Shown here in pieces: positions 55,331 through 64,000 of a DNA stretch of 64,000 bases. Below the pieces are notes generated by a model. The model made no database searches, was not told where the DNA came from, and was given only the letters and a program-made list of their open reading frames with translations. The DNA is taken from the NCBI GenBank assembly GCA_027923505.1, contig BROI01000004.1, positions 62,001-126,000 of the forward strand, written 5' to 3'. How positions within the stretch are numbered: the first letter of the stretch is position 1; every line of letters begins with the position of its first letter. The stretch is from Mayamaea pseudoterrestris (lineage: Eukaryota). The position numbers and the translations under genes were made by a program.

Positions 55331-57566
55331 ATGCCGCGCCGCAAGCGCACATGTTTGGATTGTCAGCATTCCTACATTGCAACTAGCCTGCTGGGTGATG
55401 GTTTCGAATGCGAACATTGTGCGCGGCAAACTGTGGAAACGTGCCGGCTTGTACCAACTGCTCATGCTTTTTCGTCGTCATGGTCACCTCACATGGACGC
55501 CGCAGCAGCGGAATGTATTCATGAGGAGCAGCCAAACAAGTATGCGGCGTCTGAAACTACTGTGTTACGAAACGTTGGAAACGATTCCAATGATGCAATG
55601 CTCGATGGTCCAACCTCCGAAAACGACGTTACAGCTCCAGCTGCGATCAAGTCTGCCGACTCGCATGATGACTATGACATCGAACATGACTATGACGACA
55701 GAAGCGAGGCAGCCGATGACTTGCACTGCACGCAGATTATAGATATAGTTGACAGCGATGACAAAGAGGAGGACAAAACGGAGGAGGACGACGACGACGA
55801 TCAACCGCTCGTGCTTCTCGTCCAGCCGCCAGCCAAGGAAACGCCGACATACGAGGAACAAACTACAGCAAACGCACTTGAAAGTCAGCCTCAGAAACCG
55901 ATGTTTGTCTATGACGTTGACGACGACGAAGAGGATGACGTGGACAAGGAAAGAGGCAGGGTAGACGACGACGATGCAGATGATGACGACAACTTGCTCA
56001 TTGCGATTGGAACGAACCAAAACAATGACCTTTCATTCTGCAACGTTTGCGGAGTTTCTTTGACTCATATTAGTACTGGCTGGAAGGGTCGATTGCATCA
56101 CATTAAAAGGTGCGCTAAGAAACATCAATACACGGCCAAGGAAGCTAGCTACAATGATGACTTTGAATTGTTTGAGCAAAATGAAGTTCCGGTGACAAGC
56201 GACAATAAGGTATCTACTGCCAATCCTTACGCGAAACCAAACGCTTGGCACGGAAACGACGCCTCGCTGGCGCAGGCTCAAAGTGCTACTAATAAACTTC
56301 CATCAGCCTTTCAAACGCTCATGGCTGGCGCTCGCCGCGCTGCCAAGATTCAAAAAATCAAGGCAATGTCGCCTCCAGCGAAAGGCAAACGACCGCAGCG
56401 AAGATGGGGCGGCCGACCAGCGGTCGACTACTCGCAGCGAGAATGCCCCGCGTACAAGAAAATTTTCAACACTGACTTTGTCGTGGACGGCTTTCACTAC
56501 GCCAAGAGCTCGCTGACGCAAAACTACTTTCTAACGCACTTTCATTCCGACCACTACGGAGGCATTACCAAAACATGGAACGTTGGTACAATCTACTGCT
56601 CCATTGGCACTGCCAATCTTGTCAATCAGCAGCTCGGCGTCGACCGCCAGTACCTTCATCCACTGCCCATGGACACGGCTGTCGTTATCGAAAGTCGCGG
56701 CAGGCCAATCACAGTAACACTGATTGACGCCAATCACTGTCCCGGTGCCGTCATGTTTCTCTTTCACGTCTGCAGTCGCAACATACTTCACGTGGGCGAC
56801 TTTCGCTGGAACCGCGAAACCATGCAGGCGCAACTAGCGCTAAAGCCGTTTATGAATGCCACAGAGAGAATCGACGACTTGTACCTTGATACAACCTACT
56901 GCGATGCCAAGTATGACTTGCCGACGCAGCGGGAGGCGATTCAAGCGGCAATTGAAGTAGCAACGAGGGAAGTTGAGAGCGCCAAGCAGTCGAAGAAGAA
57001 GCTGCTCATGCTCTTTGGCGCATACACCATAGGTAGGTTGCTTATCGATTACAAGGCTCTCCGTAAGCTGATAATAAAACTCACAAAATACTATTCAAAT
57101 ATTAACAGGAAAGGAAAGGATATACTTGTCCGTCGCAGCAAGCCTTGGCTTGAAGGTATACGTTGACTCGAGGCGCATGAGAATATTAAAGTCACTAGAC
57201 TGGAAGAACGACGAGCTATCACAATTGACCACAAAGGCAAGCGAAACATGTCTATGGGTCGTGCCTTTGGGACACATTAACATGAAGAAGCTCGAAGACT
57301 ACGTAACAACGCGCACAGGAAGTTTTGACCGCGTCGTTGGTTTCCGGCCTACCGGGTGGTCGCATACGAAGAAGGGCAGCGGCATAGTGACGTCCAATAG
57401 TCGCGGTCAAATAGCAGTCCACAATGTTCCTTACTCGGAGCACAGCAGTTTTCCTGAGTTGCTGGACTGTCTAGTAAATTTGCGGCCAAAGAGAATAATT
57501 CCCACCGTGTCCGTCTCGAAAAGCCAGCAGCAACTTGATCTATTGCTGAAGAACTGGACGCGTTAA
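55331..57566 (+). CDS. SNM1: DNA cross-link repair nuclease SNM1/PSO2 (DCLRE1A-like). Exons 55331-57032, 57109-57566
   Basis: FLTHFHSDHYGG, DANHCPGA, LHVGDFR, LYLDTTY, YTIG|KER, VPYSEHSSF, IIPTV; UBZ-like CNVC...HIKRC. Confidence 0.95.
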
Positions 57567-57587
57567 TAAAGGCTAAAACACAGGCCT

Positions 57588-60500
57588 CTAAACTGAAAAT
57601 TTATTATGCTTCGTGGTTATTGGCACAGCAACTGTAGTGTATTTTGGTGCCGAGCTGGCTTTAAACATATCGTGCATTGACGAGACTTTCAGTTGCAAAA
57701 GAGCAGGCGCAAGTACAGTGTCGTCTTCGAAATAGCTCAGATTTAGTTCAGGGTATCCATTTATGACGCCAGGTCGGGTAGGAAGGGCGACCATAGATAC
57801 AATAAACGAATCGTCTTCTTTCCTGTCGACGATGCCTTCGCATTTTCCACAAAGAATCCATGCGGTTAAATCAGCGACAACCTTGTAAGCAATTACACCA
57901 CGCAAGCCAGCAATAACACTAAGATCCCCTTCAAACAAAATGTTAATTGGTTCCATGGTCAATCCAAACGAAGCTGAAGGCGAAACCTGAACAGGTATCG
58001 GGACAGCATCCGGCAGCCACTTTGCAGCAGTCGACTTCTTGAAACGTAATATGAACTCTTCTTTGTAAATAGTCGGCTGCGCGTCTTTAAAATCCACGAC
58101 GAGACATGAAGCATTATTCAGGTCATCATCTTCTGTCACTTCACAGTTGAAAGCAAAAGTTACTTGCTCGCCGGGTCCCAAGCGCTCATTTGCCAAGTTA
58201 GAATTCAAATCTCCATCCTGTGCAAGCTTTAAGTAAGAGGGCAAAGTCATAGTCCATGCATTTATAACTAAAGAAACAGGAATATTGTTTTGAAGGGTCA
58301 CGTGCGCCGTGGCCATGGTGCGTGAATGATATGATATCCCTTTGCTTTCCACCGTCAACGCTTGCTTAGCGAGCACCGTTACTTGCTTTTCCAATGTGTG
58401 TTTTTCAAAACATTCGTTGCACTCATCATTGCTGTCCCTTTGATTCCCTTTTACCAAAGGGGCTTGATACTGCGACGTCACTGTGACCTGAAATGAACCT
58501 AAACACTGATCTGTCATGCCTTCTGGCGCAGCATCACATTTGACGACAGCCCTGGTGTTCACCGTCTCGCCGGGCTGACACAAGTCGAACATGGTGTCGC
58601 ACGATTGGATCCATTCTCCCGCCTCTTCGCCATCGCCGGGTCGTAAGAAAGTTAGTGCGCCATTGCAAGTAAGTTTCATTGATGCTTCCTTCACCATGTC
58701 GACACCAGCACTGAACGATATCGTCACTTGTTGCACGTGGCCAGGAAGAAGGTACTCGGGTGAAATCGAAACAGAGTGGGTGGGCGAAGCAGGTAGTACG
58801 TCGACTCGCACTGTTGGACGCTTTAGCTGTTTGCAGGTGTATGAGAACCGAGTGTTGTGCCACTTCACCGAAACGGACGCGAGAACAAACTGTCCAGTTG
58901 ATCTTGGGTACCAATCGATCGAGAACTCGTTTTTACCAGGGCTTACTTTTAGAGGGCCTGATATACGTAAGACTTTCATTTTGTCTCCGTCAAAATCAAG
59001 CGCCCCAGAAGACTTAGATTCTTCAATTTTTGAGACGTATGCACGGAAGGGGACAACATCAACCGATATCTCCTGGACCTCAATACCTATCGGAAGCGCA
59101 CTGTGCAAAGTGATTCTCAAACTCGCTTTGTCTCCAACGACGTACACCATTTTAAGTGTATCGCGGTTTGAAGCATGTCTTACAGATAGCTTCTGTCCGT
59201 CCAAGCCTAGCACTGGATCAAACAAAGGCAGCGATGAGAACCTTGGGCGCGAATTCAAGCTGCTGCGCAAAACTGCCTCTAAGTCACGTTGTAGTGTCTC
59301 CAACGCCATCGATGGCGCTGCTTTCGCAATAGCCGGACTAAAGCATCGGACAAGCGTGTTAAAATAGTCATCTGCGATACAAATCTTTCGCTGGAATGAC
59401 GCCAAGTGGAACAGTACCAAAAAACCGGTGTTCTCCCACTTGTCTTTGGCGTAAACGCCGGACGCCGCACGGAGGGCTAGCGTCGCCCTTAGCAAATCTT
59501 TCCTATACACATAGATACCTGCCATATCGATTGCAATGCGCGCCGCAGATCGATGTCGCTCAGCCGATCGGTTCGTTGCTTCAACGACCTTCAGCAAGTC
59601 GAGGTAGCCGCTAAGATATGAGTCTTTTGTATCGATACAGTCGAGTAATGCATTGCCGGAGGGAGCGGTCACAGCTGGCAGAGATGATTCAGATTCCCCT
59701 TCCTCGTCGTCGTCGTCCTCTTCGTTCAACGCTGATTTGGCAGACATGGGAGTCCAAGGCGCCCATGCATCGTTCATTTCATGAGTGAGCACGTGACATT
59801 GACTGTGAATCGGATTTTCCGACAACTTTATGTCTCCCAGTTTCAAAAAACGCGATCGAGCAAAATTCAGAAGCTCACAAAGGCAGCACGCGAGTGCACG
59901 GTCAGCTTGACTGGTCACTTTCGGACCATCATGCTCCATGACGCTCACCGATTCAGTGTCGTCGGCGTAAAATCTCTCACATGCTTTCTTCACATCCCAG
60001 CAAAACTTGAATGCCCAACTTTCAACTTCTACCAAATCGACTTTGTTAGTCAAGTCCTTTACAAGGTCTCGTTTGAATTTATACATAACCTGAACGAAAG
60101 ACAAGCAACGCTCAACCACCTCCATGGGTCTCTTAACTTTCAATGATAATTCAGTCTGACGGGCAAAAATGTATTGCTGAATGATATGAGCAAGTGGTTG
60201 AAGATCTTTCACCGACCGAAGCCGCTTTCGGAAGGCAGTCGGGTCTCCAGACACGGACCCGTGCGTAAGTTGCGACTTGGAGGATTCGCCAGTTGTACTG
60301 AATGCAAAGAGTGCTCCACCCGATTTCGCTTTAACATTCGCTTTCATTTCAGGTATAATGGCTTGCAACTCATCGTACTGCAGAGATGCTTCTGCAGGAA
60401 TGTTGAGCTGCTGGTAGGAAAATGCAAGACTTTCCTTGACGAGAAAGAACGTCGAGTAATCAAACCGGTCAATAACAGGACTCGCTTGCTTTGCTGCTCC

Positions 60501-61625
60501 GCGTAGCTGATCCAATTTGCGCAGCTCTTCGTCATATTTTCTGCAACGCTCGCGAAAACCATTCACGACAGCTGTCCCCAGGCCCTTGAGAAATGCCGCC
60601 CACTCCATCTTCTTCAGTTCGACTGCTAGTTCGTCGTCAGATACATCGACCAGACTGCTCAGTTGACAGACAACACCAGCGGAAAAGTCATTTGAAAGCC
60701 GACGCATAATTTCCTTGTCGACGCGTGATAGGTAACTCATGAGCGATTGCTGACCACTCGAGGTGAAATCATCCATGTCCACGCTATCATTGTTGTTCGA
60801 CGCAACCGTCCCCGACGACGTTTCCTTTTCATCCTTGCTACCTTCTCGGGCAACCATGCGCTGCCGCGCCGACGCCCAGATACCTAGTTTTCCGCCTGGT
60901 CCCTTTGGTCCGTCTTCTGGATTCTTATTGTTGCCCGACGGCACAAACACAATCACGTACTGTGACTTGCTCACTTCCACGGCATCCTTGCCACCAACAT
61001 TGTACTTGGCGACGGCATCAATTTGACTCAAAAAGGCCTGTATGGAGGGTTTTACTCTCGTGCGGTAATGCTCCAAATTTTCGCAGGCTGCCAAGTAAAC
61101 GTGACAGTATGGGCCAAGGTGCCACTCACTGGCATCACCGCCCTGACCAGTCACGCTCCCCGTGTTTGCCCAAGGAATGTTACTATCCTCCGAAATGGAA
61201 ATCAAGCCACCCTGACTCCCCGTCATGTAGGTTTTGAGCATGAGACTGTCAATGACGCCATTGGCGCCGCTGCGAAAGTTTGTGTAAGGTACCTTTTTGA
61301 GCGTTGCATTGTACTCGGTGCGAAGAATGAGGGTCAACTTTTCATACAAGTCTAGCGCAGCCTTGGAGTTTGTCGCCGTTGGTGACGCCGAAAGCTGCAT
61401 GCTTTTGCTTGAAGCAGTTGGATCAATGAAGTTTACAATGGCATGTCGTAGAAACTCTGGGGTCGTTTCAAGCTGAATCTGCGCATCAGATGGTCCATAC
61501 TGATGCATGCGGAGGGCGGCAAATCCTTCGCCAAGCATGTCGAAAAAGGCACCATTATCGGAAGAAACAGGAGAAACGTCAAAGTTACTTGCTGAAGGCG
61601 AAGCGAGTGGCGTATTTTCCGTCAT
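57588..61625 (-). CDS. TRAPPC10: TRAPP II complex subunit TRAPPC10/Trs130-like
   Basis: PYCHVYLAACENLEHYRTRVKP, FFLVKESLAFSY...A..QYDEL, C-terminal WILCGK and LPTRPG..YP. Confidence 0.88.
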   Translation of the reverse strand: MTENTPLASPSASNFDVSPVSSDNGAFFDMLGEGFAALRMHQYGPSDAQIQLETTPEFLRHAIVNFIDPTASSKSMQLSASPTATNSKAALDLYEKLTLILRTEYNATLKKVPYTNFRSGANGVIDSLMLKTYMTGSQGGLISISEDSNIPWANTGSVTGQGGDASEWHLGPYCHVYLAACENLEHYRTRVKPSIQAFLSQIDAVAKYNVGGKDAVEVSKSQYVIVFVPSGNNKNPEDGPKGPGGKLGIWASARQRMVAREGSKDEKETSSGTVASNNNDSVDMDDFTSSGQQSLMSYLSRVDKEIMRRLSNDFSAGVVCQLSSLVDVSDDELAVELKKMEWAAFLKGLGTAVVNGFRERCRKYDEELRKLDQLRGAAKQASPVIDRFDYSTFFLVKESLAFSYQQLNIPAEASLQYDELQAIIPEMKANVKAKSGGALFAFSTTGESSKSQLTHGSVSGDPTAFRKRLRSVKDLQPLAHIIQQYIFARQTELSLKVKRPMEVVERCLSFVQVMYKFKRDLVKDLTNKVDLVEVESWAFKFCWDVKKACERFYADDTESVSVMEHDGPKVTSQADRALACCLCELLNFARSRFLKLGDIKLSENPIHSQCHVLTHEMNDAWAPWTPMSAKSALNEEDDDDEEGESESSLPAVTAPSGNALLDCIDTKDSYLSGYLDLLKVVEATNRSAERHRSAARIAIDMAGIYVYRKDLLRATLALRAASGVYAKDKWENTGFLVLFHLASFQRKICIADDYFNTLVRCFSPAIAKAAPSMALETLQRDLEAVLRSSLNSRPRFSSLPLFDPVLGLDGQKLSVRHASNRDTLKMVYVVGDKASLRITLHSALPIGIEVQEISVDVVPFRAYVSKIEESKSSGALDFDGDKMKVLRISGPLKVSPGKNEFSIDWYPRSTGQFVLASVSVKWHNTRFSYTCKQLKRPTVRVDVLPASPTHSVSISPEYLLPGHVQQVTISFSAGVDMVKEASMKLTCNGALTFLRPGDGEEAGEWIQSCDTMFDLCQPGETVNTRAVVKCDAAPEGMTDQCLGSFQVTVTSQYQAPLVKGNQRDSNDECNECFEKHTLEKQVTVLAKQALTVESKGISYHSRTMATAHVTLQNNIPVSLVINAWTMTLPSYLKLAQDGDLNSNLANERLGPGEQVTFAFNCEVTEDDDLNNASCLVVDFKDAQPTIYKEEFILRFKKSTAAKWLPDAVPIPVQVSPSASFGLTMEPINILFEGDLSVIAGLRGVIAYKVVADLTAWILCGKCEGIVDRKEDDSFIVSMVALPTRPGVINGYPELNLSYFEDDTVLAPALLQLKVSSMHDMFKASSAPKYTTVAVPITTKHNKFSV

Positions 61626-62373
61626 AATGCAGTATCAAATGGCGAGCAGAAAAAAGTTGATGGCTGCGATGCTGACTGCTGGCGACGGCGGTTGACTGCT
61701 GACTTTACGCAACTGCGTCGAGTTTTCAACGACTGCTGGATCTCCGACTGCTGATTTTCTGCTTATTCTTAATATATATAAGTCAAAGCACAGCGCTGAA
61801 TCCTACAGATAAAGTGCCGTTCCGTACAAAGCAAGTTTGTCTTATTTGTTTGCGAGCCGAAACTTTGTCGGCTTCGTGCCGTCGCAACGGTTCTGAAATT
61901 GAGCTACGTGCACGAATCACATTCGTACATCTTGTTATGTACAGCGACCGCATACGACTATATATTTCCCATTTCATACACCAGACTAACCAATCCAATG
62001 CGTGGTGAAGGACTTGGTGGTTACTGTTGGAGCAGTATAGTTCGCCCGTGCGACACTGGAAAGGCAGTCGCAAGAATTGACAGGAGGGAGCAACGAGCGC
62101 TGATATCGGCAAGGGCGAGCGATTAATCACGACGCGGCCGCTCACATCCTTTGGACTGCTCGTCTTTGAGCTGGATACATACAGAGAAAGTTGCATGTTG
62201 CGCTGCAGCAGCCAAAGTGCGACTCATTGTCGGCGTTCGGCACGGCCCGGGCGCAAAATTATCTGCCATAACTGAGTGCCATACACTGTACGCCTTTTAT
62301 GTAGAGTTTGTCAAGCAAAATTAAAACAAATAGACCGTTTACTTATAGCTGCAACGTTTCAACACGCCTAGAG

Positions 62374-62644
62374 TTACTTGTGGACTTGGGGCAGGGGAGG
62401 GAGCTTCTTTTGCGCTTCGGCCAATTCCTGTCACAAAGAGTCACAATTGCGTCAGACATGCACATTGGTACGCCATCAATGTAGATGCTTATTGCACATT
62501 CCCGCACTTAGACTATCATGTACGTACAGCTGCCGTCTTTTCGCGACTCTTGTAAAACGTGGAAGGTCGAGCAGCCTTACATTTGCCAAGCTGCGCTTCG
62601 AGCTGAGCCGGAACGGGAAGAGGATCTGTTTCGTAGAGCGGCAT
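62374..62644 (-). CDS. Predicted spliced 56-aa small protein. Exons 62644-62528, 62427-62374
   Basis: AAAATGC start, phase-0 GTACGT donor, CTGAC branch-like site and TTTGTGACAG acceptor (100-nt intron). Product: MPLYETDPLPVPAQLEAQLGKCKAARPSTFYKSREKTAAELAEAQKKLPPLPQVHK. Confidence 0.5.
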
Positions 62645-62912
62645 TTTTCGTTGAACTGTAAATTGGCAGCAAACGAACTGTAAACTTGATCAAAGGGAGA
62701 CCAAAGGGATGAGACCAATTCGATGAACGGCTGATGATGTGGGCCTGCGAAACAGAAATGTCGCACAGAGATCGAACGAATTTAGCTACAAAGCTACTGC
62801 CTCGCAAAACTGTCTATCTACGGTAGTTGCCACTTAATAAGCGTACCGGTACTATTACAACGAACTTATAGCAATTACGATCTCTACCAATCGATTGCTA
62901 GAGTAAGCGCGA

Positions 62913-62995
62913 AATGGCTTTGACGAGATTTTGTCTGCATACGGGTAGACTGGTGCAAAAATTCACATAACAGACAAAATCTCGTCAAAGCCATT
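62913..62995. repeat. Perfect 25-bp inverted repeat with a 33-bp spacer
   Basis: AATGGCTTTGACGAGATTTTGTCTG (62913-62937) and CAGACAAAATCTCGTCAAAGCCATT (62971-62995). Confidence 0.95.
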
Positions 62996-63136
62996 AGCAG
63001 TGTGGTTATTTATCTGACTACCTACTCGCTAATAAACTTTTTAGCGGTAGAAGAGTTCTAACATGATGTAAATAGTTGCAAGACTAAGGCTGCGTGCTTG
63101 TGCACGCGCAGGGAAAGTGTCAATGTGTTTGTTGCC

Positions 63137-64000
63137 TCATGGGTTGGCGACATCTTCCTGATGCCTATTTCTGCTGGTATTGTCTTCACTTTCGCCAGCT
63201 ATCGCGTCATTCGTGACAGACACATCGACAACGTCGTCTTCGCTGTCGTCTTTTGCTGCGTCTGGTTCCGTCCTTGTCGCCAAAGCGGTGCAGCGCTTGT
63301 ATTTCAAGTAATGCAGGAGTGCAAGCATTGCTAGCCAGGACCAAAAGACGACAATTTGTAACACAGTCCGCGAGCTGCTGTAACCAAATGGCTCCAAGAA
63401 GGTCATGGGTATCTTGTGGTCATCCCAAAACGATGGCATTGGAATGGCCCATACTTGCTTGGTCGGTGTCGTTTCCTCCTCCACGTTGTGCACTCCGTCA
63501 GTCAACAGGCCAGCTGATAGAAAGCTCACGAGCACAATCACAAACAGCGAAAAGCCTAATTTCTTGTTCTGCTGTAGCTTTTGGTTTGTATAGTAAATAC
63601 CATAGCCGAGCCCTCCGCCGATGATGATTCCAATGAATGCGCTCAGCGGGATCGCAGCCAAGTCATCTCCAGTCAGAAACGATGGAATGAGAAAGACACC
63701 GCATTCAGCCACTTCGCGCCATATATTCCAGGCAATGTTGAATCGAATTGATTTCAAAGTAAGCGCGTCGGCCGTGTCCTCGGCAGTGGTATTGGAGGCT
63801 GTTACAACTTCCGTTACATGAGGCGCAGCCTCATCGTCGACCGGAATGGCAGCCTCACAATCGGCGTCGGCATCGACATCAGCTTGCATGAGCGTTAAGG
63901 TTTGATCCGTGGACAAAGGCTGTTCATCTTCAAGGGGTGTCTTCACCTCCTTGATACTTGCACCTCTCATCTTTTCCTTGTTTCCAGCTTTTTTCGAGCC
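63137..64000 (-). CDS. FTR1: FTR1-family iron permease, C-terminal part (5' end outside the window)
   Basis: RExxE motif (WREVAE), TM helices, AGLLTDGVHNVEE and PFGY. The frame stays open to position 64000. Confidence 0.88.
   Translation of the reverse strand, partial: GSKKAGNKEKMRGASIKEVKTPLEDEQPLSTDQTLTLMQADVDADADCEAAIPVDDEAAPHVTEVVTASNTTAEDTADALTLKSIRFNIAWNIWREVAECGVFLIPSFLTGDDLAAIPLSAFIGIIIGGGLGYGIYYTNQKLQQNKKLGFSLFVIVLVSFLSAGLLTDGVHNVEEETTPTKQVWAIPMPSFWDDHKIPMTFLEPFGYSSSRTVLQIVVFWSWLAMLALLHYLKYKRCTALATRTEPDAAKDDSEDDVVDVSVTNDAIAGESEDNTSRNRHQEDVANP

Noticed and set aside
58591..59367. 258-aa plus-strand ORF
   Set aside because: Antisense shadow of TRAPPC10.

Overview
Compact, gene-dense eukaryotic nuclear DNA with short GT-AG introns of about 65-130 nt. 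It is almost certainly from a diatom or related ochrophyte, given the LHC gene and several signal peptide + (S/D)A-F bipartite plastid presequences. I can support about 31 protein genes, one solitary 5S rRNA gene, a 1.33-kb non-autonomous PIF/Harbinger-like element and several small repeats. There is no CRISPR array and no prokaryotic-type island. Highlights: (1) a LIN54/tesmin-type CRC gene head-to-head with a ROD/KNTC1-like kinetochore gene across a promoter carrying a palindromic double CHR motif; (2) a probable, highly diverged CENP-N, within a window rich in mitosis and DNA-repair genes; (3) an ERCC6L2-like helicase whose motifs I and VI lie largely on 17- and 22-nt micro-exons; (4) a MerT-like/HMA fusion protein; (5) a ligand-less plastid Rieske-like protein; (6) a PHS1/HACD homologue with Phe at the catalytic Tyr position; (7) a spliced 56-aa gene missed by the ORF track; (8) a perfect 25-bp inverted repeat just downstream of an FTR1 iron permease. 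All family calls come from motifs recognised by eye and recalled sequences; no database search was run.
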